A DNA stretch of 64,000 bases from Octopus sinensis (GCF_006345805.1 NC_043013.1:35774001-35838000), one strand, 5' to 3'; shown: positions 1-13,350, counted from the stretch's first letter. Numbers and translations are program-made. The notes: generated by a model not told the origin, from the sequence alone.

Positions 1-229
1 TTTTGCTTATTGGTAAATTAAACCAGAAGGAAATAAAATGAGAAAACCAGTCTTTGACAGCATCACCTGGAATATGACACCAAACATCATTAGAGAAGAT
101 GGAAACATAGAATTAAATAAATAATTAAGTATAAAAATAAGTAAATAACTAAATAAACATATTAACAAAGATTTACCGTTTTTGATTACAACTGCTGTTG
201 CCATCACTCTCATTACTTTTGCTTCCACT

Positions 230-497
230 ACCGATGCTGTCCACTGCTGCTACCTCCACCACCAGCACTACCATCACCATCACCAATGCTCTTCTGACTG
301 CAACCACTACCACCACCACCTCAACAACCTCTACGATTGCCACTAACATCATCGATAGCATTATTTCCACCATCTCTTCCTCATCACTGACACCATCATT
401 GCCATCATCATCATCATGAGAAGCAGCATCAAATATTACCACTACCACCATCACCACCACTATTGCCACCACCACTACTGCTGCTACCACCACCACC

Positions 498-531
<34 letters not shown>

Positions 532-1500
532 TTGCCATCGTATTTGTTGTTGTTATCATCATCATCAGATGCAACAACCACCAGCCCCTTCATTACCACA
601 ACCACCCCTCACCACCAACACCACCACTCTCACCGAAATCACTACCTTCACCACCACCACCACTACAACCAACACTACCACCACCATTACCACCACCACC
701 ACCACCACCACCATTACCACCACCACCACCACCACCATTATCACCACAACTACCCCTCACCACTATCACCACCGCCCTCACCGAAATCACTACCACCATC
801 ACTACCTTCACCACCACCATCACCACTACCACCACCACCACCACCACCACCACCACCACCACCATTACCACCACCACCACAACAACTACCAACAACAAAA
901 ACAACTTCACCATCAGTATCACCATCTCTTCATCCACAAGGCAGTAATCTTTTCCCATCATTTTGTTGTTGTTGTTGTTGTCATCGACGCCATCGCCATC
1001 GCTATCGTCATCATCATCATCATTGCCGATTTTGCTGCTACTGTTGTTGTTGTTGTTGGTCGTGATGGCTGTGGTGGTTGTGGTGCTGATGGTTATGTTT
1101 CCCTTTGTTTGTATTTTTATTTTCTTAACCCTGGCAAAGACTTGTTGTGACTACTAAAGTTATTAATCTAATTAAAACTAATTGACTGTGTAACATACCC
1201 CATGCCACACATGTGTTGCTACACCACCACCACCACCACCACCACTACCACCAGCGCCATGGCTGCCGTCGCTGCCGCCATTGCCACCACCATCATTGCT
1301 GTCATCATCATCGTCATCGTCATCGTCATCATAATCATCGCCTCCGTTTCCATTTCCATTCTCGGGGTTTACCAGCGATATTGCTAACACCATGCTTATA
1401 CCATCGTCATTAAACGCAACTGCCATGAACCAAATACCAACGAAGCTAGAGCCGAAAATGTATGCACACAACCATCACCACCACCACCACCACCACCACT

Positions 1501-1552
<52 letters not shown>

Positions 1553-2350
1553 GTGTCATCGTCATCATCATGAAATATTACTGGTGTCATCGCCATCACT
1601 ACCACCACCACAATGGCCACCACTACCAGCACCATCATCATCACCCTCTTCCTCATCATGATCGTCATCATCACTACCATCACCATCACCATCACTACCA
1701 CCATCATCGCCATCACTACCACCACCATCACCATCACTATCACCACCATCACCATCACCACCAGTACCACCACCATCACCATCACTACCACCATCTCAAT
1801 GGTCGCCACCAGCACCACCATCATCACCATCACTACCACCACCATCACCATCACTACCACCACCACCACCATCACCACAACTACCACCACCATCACCATC
1901 ACTACCACCACTGCAATGGGCACCACCACCACCACCATCATCATCATCCTCATCCTCTTCCTCATCCTCATCGTCATCATCACTACCACCACCATCACCA
2001 TCACTACCACCATCATCACCACTACTACCACCACCTTCACCATCACTACAACTGCCATCATCATCATCACCAATGCTTCCACCATCATCACTACCACTGC
2101 CGTCATTATCATCAGCATTATCATCAGCATCATCATCCACACTACCAATACCACCACCACCACTGCCACCACCACCAAAAACACCCAATAATACAATCAC
2201 CCTCACCTTTATCAGCATTACAAAGTGTACAACTATTATTGCCAGCATCATAATGCTACAACCAATACTACCACTGTTCCCAACACCATAAGTACCACTG
2301 TAATAACAATAAACTACAGCCAATACTGCTACCATACCTACCACCATCAA
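230..2350. repeat. Compound (CAC/CAT/TAC)n trinucleotide low-complexity tract
   Basis: Continuous imperfect cac/cat repeats producing poly-H/T/P/S/D/M pseudo-ORFs in all frames. Confidence 0.95.
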
Positions 2351-2377
2351 TATATATAACCACGTAAGCTAGTGAAA

Positions 2378-2692
2378 GTACGTGGCTTAGTGGTGGTGGG
2401 TATTCGTCTCATGGTCATAAAATTGCAAGTTCTATTCCTGGCAGTGCAGTGACTCCTTGAGCAAGACACTTTATTTCACATTGCTCCAGTCCACTCAGCT
2501 GGCAAAACTGAGTTGTACCTGCAATTCAACAGTGCCAGCTTTTTCACACTGTGTCACACTGAATCTCCCTGAAAACTACGTTAAGGGTACATGGGTCTGT
2601 GGAGTACTCGGCCACATGCATGTCAATTTCATGAGCAAACTATTCCATAGATCGGATCAACCGAAATACTAGTTGTAACTGATGGAGTGCCA
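2378..2692 (+). mobile_element. tRNA-derived SINE, family A (CORE-like central domain)
   Basis: Box A TGGCTTAGTGG, box B-like GTTCTATTCC, then CCTTGAGCAAGACACTTTATTTCACATTGCTCCAGTCCACTCAGCTG; homologous copies at 3740, 4385, 7917, 44828. Confidence 0.85.
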
Positions 2693-2890
2693 TGCTATGT
2701 TTTACTAAATGTAATTGTTATTCTCAATGTGAGTTTGCATATAATGAGAGATACAAGTCATTCTTCTTTCAAACAAACAGATACATTTTGTACAGTTCTA
2801 TATTTAAGAGATGAGGAATTATGTGCATTATTTACATTATTTACATTATTTACATTTGATGGATATTTGTCCTCAATTTGTTTCTTGTTA

Positions 2891-2934
2891 ACACAACGTT
2901 TCGGCTGATATACCCTCCTGCCTTCATCAGGTGT
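2891..2934 (-). ncRNA. Minimal type I hammerhead ribozyme motif
   Basis: Minus strand ACAC CTGATGA A GGCAG gagggtatat CAGCC GAAA CGTT GTGT: core CUGAUGA...GAAA, stem I ACAC/GUGU, palindromic stem III AACGUU. Confidence 0.75.
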
Positions 2935-2998
2935 CTTGGGGAAATTTCAAACCTGGGTTCTCATTCCTAAGGTATTTTTTGATGTTATTATTATTATT

Positions 2999-3031
<33 letters not shown>

Positions 3032-3049
3032 GACGTCGTCGTCCCCATG

Positions 3050-3087
<38 letters not shown>

Positions 3088-3214
3088 TATTATTATTACT
3101 ATTCAGGTCACTGCCTGGAATCGAACTCGGAATCTTAGAGCTAGTAGCCTGAGCTCTTAATCACTATGCCATATGACCATAGGAATGAAAACCCAGGTTC
3201 GAAATTTCCCCAAG

Positions 3215-3258
3215 ACACCTGATGAAGGCTGGTGGTTATATCAACCGAAATGTTGTGT
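3215..3258 (+). ncRNA. Minimal hammerhead ribozyme motif (mutated copy in the other arm)
   Basis: ACAC CTGATGA A GGCTG gtggttatat CAACC GAAA TGTT GTGT; one stem II mismatch and CpG decay in stem III. Confidence 0.65.
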
Positions 3259-3470
3259 TAACAACAAAGAAGATGAGGACAAATATCCGTCAAATGTAAA
3301 TAATGTAAATAATGTAATATAATTCTTCATCTCTTAAATATAGAACTGTAGATACATTTTGTACCCTGACTTTTAATATATATATATTTTGCATGTTTGG
3401 ATATGTCTGCTAAACCACATTATCATTGTTTTTTTAAAGATAATGATAAATAATTTGAGTCTTGAAAATA

Positions 3471-3705
3471 CAGGGTGTTCAAAAAGTCTCTCCGCAGGGA
3501 ATTTTTTTCATCCTGCGCATCACTATGGCGTTACTTCAAGAGTTTTTCCATGAACAGATTATTTCGAAGGGACTTTGGCCACCAAGATCACCTGATTTAA
3601 TACTGCCAGACTTTGTTTTATGGGGAGCAAGTAAAGGGATCAGTATACAAGAATCACCTGAAAACCATTAAATACTTACTGTGGAAAGACCTTTAAAACA
3701 TCCTG
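3471..3705 (+). mobile_element. Internally deleted Tc1/mariner-superfamily element
   Basis: TA flanks; imperfect TIRs CAGGGTGTTCAAAAAGTCTCTCCGCAG / CTGTGGAAAGACCTTTAAAACATCCTG; internal transposase motif WPPRSPDLILPDFVLWG. Confidence 0.85.
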
Positions 3706-3739
3706 TATATGTGTGTATGTGTGTATATATATTCAGCTG

Positions 3740-4007
3740 TGAATGGTCATTAGTTTGGTTCTTGGTGGCAGGATACTCTACTTCATGCTGCTCCAGTGTA
3801 CTCAGCTGGCAAAAGTGGGTAGTACCTGTAATACAAAGGGGCCAGCTTTGTCATATTTTGTGTCACACTGAATGTTCCTGAAAACTATATTAAGGGAGAA
3901 CTACATGTCTGTGGAGCACCCAGCCACTTTCTTGTTGATTTCACAAGGGGGCTGATCTGTTGATCAGATCAACTGGAACCATCATCATCTTAAACGATGG
4001 AGTGTCA
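3740..4007 (+). mobile_element. SINE family A, diverged
   Basis: Aligns by eye to 2378-2692 (tgctccagtgtactcagctggcaaaa...gatggagtgtca). Confidence 0.75.
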
Positions 4008-4045
4008 TAATGCATCTCCATAAATATATATATATAAGTATATAC

Positions 4046-4210
4046 ATCATCATCATCATCATCATTTAACATCTGCTTTCCATGCTAGCATGGGTTGGAC
4101 GATTTGACCGAGGACTGGCGAACCAGATGGCTGCACCAGGCTCCAATCTTGATCTGGCAGAGTTTCTATGGCTGGATGCCCTTCCTAATGCCAACCACTC
4201 CGAGAGTGTA
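4046..4210 (-). mobile_element. RTE-tailed non-autonomous retroelement, family E (3' part)
   Basis: Minus: GGTTGGCATTAGGAAGGGCATCCAGCC...CCAACCCATGCTAGCATGGAAAG + (GAT)n tail. Confidence 0.8.
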
Positions 4211-4384
4211 GCCACAACTCGGAGTGTGTAGCCAACAACTCGGAGAGTGTATATATATATATAAATATATATTTATATATATATATTTATATATATATAT
4301 TTATATATATATAATATATATATAAATATATATTTATATATATATATTTGGCAATGAGTGGACATGAGCTAGATTTCCAGCAAT

Positions 4385-4640
4385 ACATTATGCTCTTGAG
4401 CAAGATACTTTATTTCACACTGCTCCGGTTTCACTAAGCTGGCAAAAACGAATTGTACCTGTAATTCAAATGGGCTAGCCTTGTCACATTGTGTCTCACT
4501 GAATCTCCCTGAGAACTGCGTTAAGGGTACCCATGTCTGTGGAGTACTCAGCCACTTGCAGGTTTATTTCATGAGCATGCTGTTTGTTCTGTTGATTGGG
4601 TCAACTGGGACCTTTGTCGTTTTAACCAATGGAGCACTCG
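4385..4640 (+). mobile_element. SINE family A, 5'-truncated
   Basis: Shares cttgagcaagatactttatttcacac...gaatctccctgagaactgcgttaagggtac with 2378-2692. Confidence 0.8.
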
Positions 4641-4714
4641 TTAATCACACAAGTTGCAACACCACTACAATAACTGATAACTCTTTTAGTAAAATACTAT
4701 AATCACCGCACCTA

Positions 4715-5404
4715 CAACTCCATTGCTACCAACAACAACACCACTACTAGCAGCAGCACTGATACTGACACAGCCACAATAACAGTGAATACCACCACCA
4801 CCACCACAACTACCATCACCAACACAATCACCATAACCACCACCACCACCACCACCACCACAACTACCATCACCAACACAATCACCATAACCACCACCAC
4901 CACCACCACCACCACCATCACCACCATCACCACCATGATCACTACCACCACCACCACCGTCACCATATCACCACTATCACTACAACTACAACTAGCACCA
5001 CATCATCATCGCTGTTTCCATCATCATACACTACCAGTACCACTGACAGCAACACTAACACCAACACCACCATATTACCACTCAACTATGACCAACATCA
5101 CATCATCGTCATCATCATCATCACCATCTTCATCATCATCGTCGTCATCATCACCATCACCACCACCATCATCATCATCATCATCATCATCGTCGTCGTC
5201 ATCATTATCATCATCATCACCATCACGATCATCATCACCATCATCATCACCAACAGCATCATCATTATTACCATCATTATCATCATCACCACCATCATCA
5301 TCATCATTATCATCAACATCATCATCATCATCATCACCATCATTACCATCATCATCAACATTACCATCATCATCATCATCATCATCATCATCACTACAAT
5401 CAAT

Positions 5405-5483
<79 letters not shown>

Positions 5484-5523
5484 CCATCATCACTATCATC
5501 ATCATCACCATCATCACCATCAC

Positions 5524-5564
<41 letters not shown>

Positions 5565-5604
5565 CCATCATCACTATCATCATCATCACCATCATTACCA
5601 TCAC

Positions 5605-5639
<35 letters not shown>

Positions 5640-5880
5640 CCATCATCACTATCATCATCATCATCATCATCACCATCATTACCATCACCATCATCATCAT
5701 CATCATCATTACCATCATCAACATCATCATCATCATCATCATCATCATCATATACTACTAGTGCCAGCATCACCACCAATGCTACCACCATCACCACCAC
5801 CACCACCACCACCTCCACCACCACCAGCATCACCACTGCCGCTGCCACTACCATTATCAATAACAGTGCCAGCACCATCT
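4715..5880. repeat. (CAC)n/(CAT)n microsatellite tract
   Basis: Long pure CAT runs; source of poly-S/poly-D/poly-M ORFs. Confidence 0.95.
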
Positions 5881-6959
5881 GTAAACTTACTCTGCAGACC
5901 TCACTTCCAAATATCACATTACACTGCCATTTCAAATGGCTACTAATTGCCATCTAAAACTAATTACCATCAAAGTGTGTGGCTGTATGTGCGTCACCGA
6001 TGGTATATATGTGTGTGTGTGTGTCTGTATGTGTATGCCTACATCTCTCTGTGTCTCTCACTGTGCACTTGTGTGTTTATGTGTATATATGCATATATAT
6101 ACAGACACATATATGCTTACATATACACATATATATATATATAATGTATGAATATATATTATGTGTGTGTGTGTGTATATATATATACATACACACACAT
6201 GTGGATATATGTATATTCATAATTACAGAAACTACATACACATATAATTGAACACAATGTTCACACGTGTGTATGTTTATAATGTTTATATATGTATATG
6301 TGTGTGTGTACACATGTATATATATTTATACATATATATATATATATACATATCTATATATATATGTATCTCTCTCGATATATATACATATATATAAATA
6401 TATATATATATATCCATATATATTCATCTATATGCGTATATGCATGTGTGTGTGTGTGTATATGAGAGAGAAAGAGAGGGTGAGAGAGGAAAGGAAGGAG
6501 AGAGAAATAGAAAGATGGAGACAGAAACAAGTTAAAGTATTTGACACACACACACACACACACCACACACACACATGCGCACATACACATGCACATACAC
6601 CCAAACATACATACACACACACACACACATACACACTCACACACAAACAGAGACTATTACAAGTGCTTTCCCTGTTCATTTCTCCATGTAACAATTACTC
6701 TCCCCTGACCACCACCGCCGCCACCACCAACACCAATGCCAACGCCACCACCGCCACCACCGCCCCACACACACACGCTTCTATTACGTGCCCGTGTTTC
6801 ACTCATGTTTTCTAATTCTGATTCTTGTTTTCGGTGTTGTCAATTAGTTGAGGCTAATTGTTGTTGTGGTCACATCATCCCAACGTCATTTCTCTTCACA
6901 TACATGAATACACACACACACAGACGCAACAACACATATGCGTACATATAAATATATAC

Positions 6960-7007
<48 letters not shown>

Positions 7008-7024
7008 ATATATATATATATGTT

Positions 7025-7240
7025 CTTTTATTCTGTTATTCTTTTACTTGTTTCAGTCATTTGACTGTGGTCATGCTGGGGCACTGCTTTTAGTTGAACA
7101 AATCGACCCCTGGACTTATTCTTTGTAAGCCTAGTACTTATTCTATCAGTCTCCTTTGCCATACCGTTAAGTTACGGGGACGTAAACACCCCAATATCGG
7201 TTGTGAAATGATGCTGGCGGGGGACAAACACAGACACATA
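7025..7240 (-). mobile_element. tRNA-derived SINE family C, 3' half
   Basis: Matches tail CAGTCAAATGACTGAAACAAGTAAAAG of the full copy at 34765-35179. Confidence 0.85.
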
Positions 7241-7289
7241 AACATATACACATACATTCATATCTATCTATCTATCCATCTATCTATCT

Positions 7290-7915
7290 TCTACGACTCT
7301 TTGGAATCTTCTATGACTCTTCTTGGTGGTCTTCTTGTTTAAGTTGGTGAATGCTGCCATAACCCTTGCCTTCAGTTCATCTTTGGCATTACAAGGAGTT
7401 TTGTTAGACTCACGCTCACCTGCATCTCATACATAATCAAGGGGGTTGCTGTCTGCGGAGTTAGGTGACCAGATGTTAGGAGTGATGTGGTCGCAGAAAT
7501 TTTCTGACACCCATGACTGGATTCTCCTGCTTGTGTGGAATGGTGCAGAGTCCTGTTGTCAGACATACGGTCTTTCAGCAGTCACTCTCTTGACCCAGGG
7601 CAGCACTACCTCCTTCAGGAACTTGATGTAGGCTTCCATGTTGAGTCTAAAGCTGTGTGGGAAGATGAATGGAAGCATAACTTCGCCAACAATTGTATTC
7701 CCTCCAAACACCATGACGTTGATTGGATGCTTGATTTTTATCACTCTCAGTACATGTCCTCAGATTGACACCAAAAGACTCTGAAATGATCGTATTGGAG
7801 CTTTTGGCATGAATACCAAGCAGTACAGCATGTCATTTCAACATTTTTGACAGAGTGTATTGCATCACAATGCTGTTTTTTCTCACATACAGTGTCCAAC
7901 TGACCCTACTGTGTA
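7290..7915 (-). pseudogene. DD37D (maT-type) Tc1/mariner transposase relic, internally deleted
   Basis: Minus translation PYV*QQDSAPFHTSRRIQSWVSENFCDHITPNIWSPNSADSNPLDY: 37 residues between the two catalytic Asp; in-frame stops. Confidence 0.85.
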
Positions 7916-7916
7916 A

Positions 7917-8238
7917 GCATGTAGCTTAATGATTTGGGTATTCAGCTCCTGGTCATAAGGTGATGAGTTGAGTTTCTGATGGCACATTGTGGTCTTGAGC
8001 AAAAGATTGTATTTCGCATTGCTCCAGTTCCCTCAGCTGGCAAAACTGAGGAGTACCTGTAATACAAAAGGGCCGGTCTTTTTATATTTTTGTTTTGCCA
8101 TGCTGAATTGCCCTGAGAATTATGTTAAGGGTATGCGTGTCTTTGGAGTACTCAGCCACTTGTACATTAATTTCACAAGTAGTTTGTTCCATTCTTCGAA
8201 TCAGCTGGAACCTTTGTCATCGTAACTGACAGTGCCAT
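7917..8238 (+). mobile_element. SINE family A
   Basis: Degenerate tRNA head, cttgagcaaaagattgtatttcgcattgctccag core, same tail as 2378-2692. Confidence 0.8.
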
Positions 8239-9154
8239 ATTTGCCAGACATCATCATCATGAATATCTGATGAAGCAGTGATGGTGATGATGGTAATGAT
8301 GGTGGTGGCGGTGGTAGTGGTGGTAGTGAAGAGAAGGAGGAGGAGGGGAGGGGGAGGGTGGAGTCAGAAGAAGACAAATATGCTGGTGATGTTGCTGTGT
8401 AGTCCCTGGGAGGCTGTAATCAAGCAGCGCTTTTTAACGAGGAGGTAGTCAGGCTAACAACTGAATATGGCCCACCTGTGTTGCATTCAAAGCTAATGAT
8501 GACGCTACTACCATCCACAACGACAGTAGCAATGGTGATACTGATGACAACAACAACGACGACGTGACGATGATGATGATGGTGGTGGTGGTGGTGGTGG
8601 TGATCGTCGTTGTCGTCGTCGTCGTCATCGTCATCATCATCATCATCACCGCCGTCGTCATTGTGATTGTGCCCCCAAGTTCTCAAAATTGCTGGTCTTG
8701 AACCCTACAATGGACTGCCATCCTATTCAGAAGAAGAAATGTTGTAATCCCAGTCACTCATGCACCATAGGAACTGGGGAATGGCTCTTATGAGCTCTAG
8801 GGTTCAAGAGATAAAAAAAAAAAAGGGCACACATTGCTCCTTAGTCAATCCTATAAAAAACAGGCACAGAAAGTTGCCAAACTCTCATCAGTTATCAGCC
8901 AATGGGTCAACGAAATTTCATGCCTTCAAACGATGATATTGTCCCCTTCTGGTGGCACTGGCAAAGAGAAGCCACCAGGAAATGGTAAGCCAACAAGCAA
9001 GGGTCAAAACATGACAGAAAGTGAACAAACAAACAAGAAATATACAAATATGCAATACAGAAAGTGAAAATACAAACATGAAATAAATGTGGTTCAAGAT
9101 GAGAGCGGTAGTGGATGGATGAGGGGCAAAGACAAAAAACAAACAAGATGAAAC

Positions 9155-9335
9155 GTGTGGTAAGAAGCTTGCTTCCCAACCATATGGTTCTGGGTTCAGT
9201 CCCACTGATTGGCACCTTGGGTAAATGTCTTCTACTATGGCCTCAGGCCAACCAAAGCCTTGTGAGTGGATTTGGTAGGTGGAAACTGAAAGAAGCCTGT
9301 TGTGTGTTGTGTGTGTGTGTGTGTGAGTATGTGTT

Positions 9336-9385
<50 letters not shown>

Positions 9386-9610
9386 TGTGTGTGAGTGTAT
9401 TTGTTATTTGTGTCTGTGTTTGTTCCCCCACCATCGCTTGACAACTGATGTTGGAGTGTTTACATCCCCATAAATTAGCGATTCAGCAAAAGACACTGAT
9501 AGAATAAGTACTAGGCTTGCAAAGAATAATTCTTGGGGGTCGATTTGTTTGACTAAAGGTGGTGCTCCAGCATGGCTGCAGTCAAATGACTGAAACAAAT
9601 AAAAGAATAC
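9155..9610 (+). mobile_element. SINE family C with internal (TG)n
   Basis: gtgtggtaagaagcttgc...GGTTCAGTCCC head, gccttgtgagtggatttggtag core, cagtcaaatgactgaaac tail. Confidence 0.9.
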
Positions 9611-10854
9611 AAACAATAAGGAAATAAAAAAAAGAATTGGACCTTGCATACATACAAAGTTATATATACATACATACACACCCACACCTACAAACACACA
9701 TATACATATATACATATGAGAATAAATACATACATACATATCATCTGTAAGCGGAACAGTAAAAATATGCACAACTTTTCTAATGTTCAACATGTAATAT
9801 TTGTGCTGTTGTTATCAAAATTCCAGCAACAGAATCAGTTTCTTTGTTAGCAACCAATTCCTTCCTTCCTTCAAGGAAGAATTCAAATAAATAAAACAGA
9901 ATAAGAATGAACATACATACGTACATACATATAGCCATGCATACAGGCATATTTAAATACACACACACACACACACATGCATTAATATGTACATACATAT
10001 ATACATGCAAATATACATGCAAACACATGTGCATACAAACACACACAAACATACATACATGCACTAACATACATACATACACATAGAGATACACATGCAC
10101 ACACACATTCATACACACATACACACATTCATACATACACACGTACGAACATACATATACACATTCATACATAAATATGTACATACATACATGCATACAT
10201 ATATACATATATATATACATACATATATACACACATACACATACATACATACATACACACACACATTCATACATACATGCTGGGGTGTGGAAACAAGAGT
10301 CGTATCCAAAATTAATGGCATCAGGGTAGCTGGGTGGCTCTGTTGATGAGGTGGAAAGTAAAGGGGGTACAGATGATGTGATGAATTATTTCACAGTAAG
10401 TGGGGTAAAATGACAAATTAGGGGTGACAATGAGATCCATTACACTTACTTACCTCCACCCGGCCACCCAGGCCACCCCACCGCCCACCCTTCAAACCCA
10501 CCAGCATTCCAAAGAAAAGTTTTACCAAAACCCCACCCACCTATACACATCATCACCGCTTACTTACCCACCTACCTAGCCAATCTACCCTGCTACCCGG
10601 CAACCCAGCTACCCCAGTTACGCAGTTACCCACCTAACTAACTACCAACCTACCTATCTTCCTTGATTTCAGAGAAGTGGGTGGGGTTACTTCTACTTTC
10701 AGATTGTTTGTGATGTTGATGATGATTTTGATGATGATGATGATGGTAATGGTATCTTGAATGGTATTGCAAGGGGAGCTGTGGTGGGGTAGGCAGTAAT
10801 GGTGGTGGTGGTGGTGATAATAGTAGTAATACTACTATTCACATCATCATCATC

Positions 10855-10895
<41 letters not shown>

Positions 10896-11029
10896 GGGTG
10901 ATGTGCAGGGTAAGGTGGTGGTGTTTGCTGAGGGGTCAGGGAAACCAACCCCCTAAATAAAAAAAAAATTTCACAGCTGAATCCAATCAAGGAGTCACAT
11001 CTGAAGTTTTACATTTTTGTTATTTACAT

Positions 11030-11104
11030 TTCATTATTCATTATTCATTACTATTATTATTATTATTATTATTATTATCGTTATTATCATTATTATTATT
11101 ATTA

Positions 11105-11136
<32 letters not shown>

Positions 11137-11260
11137 GTTATTATTATTATTATTATTATTATTGTTATTATTATTATTATTATTATTAATATCATCATTG
11201 TTATTATTATTATTATTATTTTTATTATTATTATCACTATTATTATTATTATTATTGGAG
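11030..11260. repeat. (ATT)n microsatellite
   Basis: Near-pure ATT repeats. Confidence 0.95.
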
Positions 11261-11646
11261 TTGTCGTGGGTTTTTGCTATTGTTGCTGTTGTTGTTATGT
11301 TGGTGGTGGTGGTGATTATTTTCATCTCTTAAAACTTAACTTCATCTGGGATTCATCAACGGAGTGGGTGGGTGGCGGGGGAGATGGGTGCTATTTGAGG
11401 AGGAAGAGGAGGGGGTGGTAAAGATGGGTCGGCGATGGCGAAGATAGGGTGGGGGGGGGTTGTTTGGTGGTATTGCTGCTGGTGATGTTGGTGCTGATGT
11501 TTATGGTAGTGTCAGGAGGGGGATGCAGTGGTTGGTGGTTGTGATGTTGATGGTGGTGGTGACGGTGGTGGTGGCAGAGTGTGTGTGCGTGTGTTGACGA
11601 GGGAGGGGCGTAATGGTGGCGATGGTGATGGTGGTGGAGGTGGCAG

Positions 11647-11686
<40 letters not shown>

Positions 11687-12268
11687 AGGGTGATGGTGGT
11701 GGTGGTCGTCGTCATCATCAATGTTGTCATCATTATCTTGATGGTGCTAGTGGTGGTGGTCATGGCAATGGTGGTTGTCATGGTGGTGATAATGATGCGG
11801 GGGGGTAGTGGTGGGGGCGGGGGTGATGCTGGTTGTGATGCTGTTGTTAATATCAGTGGTAATCGTTGTGGTCGTGGTGATAATGACAGTGTTGTTGTTC
11901 TTTAACTCTTGGTCAACTCCAATCAAAAATATTCCAGCCATGACCATTCCACTTGGCTTTTCTTTTTCTTGTTTTGTTATCTAAAACTCCATTATCCAGT
12001 GAAATCCTTCATCTTAATTTAAATGTAAATTATGTGTTGTATGAGTGAGTGAGAAAGAGATAGACAAAAAGAAAGAGAGGGAGCAATATCCTTAGCTTAT
12101 ACCATTAGCTATACCACTCACCCTACATATTGTAGCTCCTTTGCCATTTTGAGGAATCATTTCTTTTAGAATTTCAAAGAGAATTTAGAGAAATGGTATG
12201 GAATCGGAGTAAATGGTTTATCTTCAGTGTTCAGTTCAGGATGATGCCAAATTTGCGCTATTCATTTT

Positions 12269-12455
12269 TGTACATTATTTACAATATTTACATTATTTAC
12301 ATTTGACGGATATTTGTCCTCATTTTGTTTCTTGTTAACACAATGTTTCAATTGATATACCCTTCATCAGGTGTCTTGGGGAAATTTTGAAACTGGGTTC
12401 TCATTCCTAAGGTATTTTTCGATGTTATTATCATTATCATTATTACTATTATTAT
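12269..12455 (-). mobile_element. Element B, tail + (AAT)n only; hammerhead stem II deleted
   Basis: High similarity to 2822-3000 including junction cctaaggtatttttcgatgttatt. Confidence 0.8.
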
Positions 12456-12456
12456 T

Positions 12457-12673
12457 GAGTGAGAGAGTAGTGAATGCCATCAGAGTGACACTGGGGTAAA
12501 ATATACGAAGCCCAGTATACACATCATGACGACCCGTCTGATAAGGGTACACTAGGCACCTGCATCACAACCATGTGTGCACGGCATGGTGATCTCATAT
12601 CAAGATAAACAGCACATGACCTTGCAGGTGGGGCCCAGTTAGAATTTTCTTCTGGTCAAATAACCCATCCCGC
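12457..12673 (-). mobile_element. Truncated copy of the uncharacterised (TAA)n-associated element at 61814-62368
   Basis: Shared gtgacactgg...cccgtctgataagggtacactaggcac...gaccttgcaggtgggg. Confidence 0.8.
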
Positions 12674-12699
12674 AATAAAAAGAACCATACCAAAACTAA

Positions 12700-12860
12700 C
12701 CACAACTGTGCTGGTGCCACGTAAAAAGGGTATCCAACCATAAAAAGCATGCCAAAAACAGATAGCAAAACTTGGTGCTATCTTCTGCCTGGCCAGCTCC
12801 TGTCAAACCATCCAACCCATGCCAGCATGGAAACAGACGGTAAATGATGATGATGATGGT
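12700..12860 (+). mobile_element. Family E 3' tail followed by expanded (GAT/GAC)n
   Basis: ccaacccatgccagcatggaaacagacggtaaatgatgatg. Confidence 0.7.
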
Positions 12861-13074
12861 GATGATAATGACGATGATGATGACGACGACGACGATGATG
12901 ATGATTATGATGGTGACGACAACAATGATGACAACAACGATGACAATGACTATGATGATGATGATGATGATGATGATGGGGGCACCAAAATCTTATAAGT
13001 GCATAGGACCTCTATGGCTTTTAATCCAACCCTTCATGAATATGTGGGAATTCAATTACTATCGGGAACATTCA

Positions 13075-13350
13075 CGCTCGAAACAATAAGGACATCTGAA
13101 CTGAAAAGCCAATATCATTTACAGACCAGTACGAAAGCCTATATCAAGGGCCAAAGGGCCAAAGAGGAAGCCTGGGTTATTAAGAAACTCAGACTCAATC
13201 AAAAAGAGTTTTTACTCATTTTCCAACAAGCTGCTGTCTCGCTCATTCGTCTATTAAAATATGATGATAGCATTCTCCAACATGAAGCTGAAGAAACAGG
13301 AAAAATCCTGCAGGAGCAGTATTCCTCTGTCATCAATGATTTTACTGAGC
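13075..13350 (+). pseudogene. LINE ORF2 fragment (CR1-like endonuclease-RT linker)
   Basis: KEEAWVIKKLRLNQKEF...DDSILQHEAEETGKILQEQYSSV resembles the IKxNPKxF...AEILxxQYxSVF motif. Confidence 0.5.

Larger units (their letters stand above)
2791..3350 (-). mobile_element. Composite element B: tRNA-like head + (AAT)n + PLE-type hammerhead tail, with inverted duplication of the tail
   Basis: Inverted repeat 2791-2969 / 3180-3350; TSD AGATACATTTTGTAC at 2779-2793 and 3350-3364; tRNA head 3104-3175 on minus. Confidence 0.85.

Noticed and set aside
173-5957. Long His/Thr/Ser/Asp/Met-rich ORFs (up to 390 aa)
   Set aside because: Open in several frames on both strands because CAC/CAT repeats lack stops; no domain, splice or codon evidence.
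11365-11460. G-quadruplex-prone G-rich stretch
   Set aside because: Indistinguishable from the surrounding (GGT)n low-complexity background.
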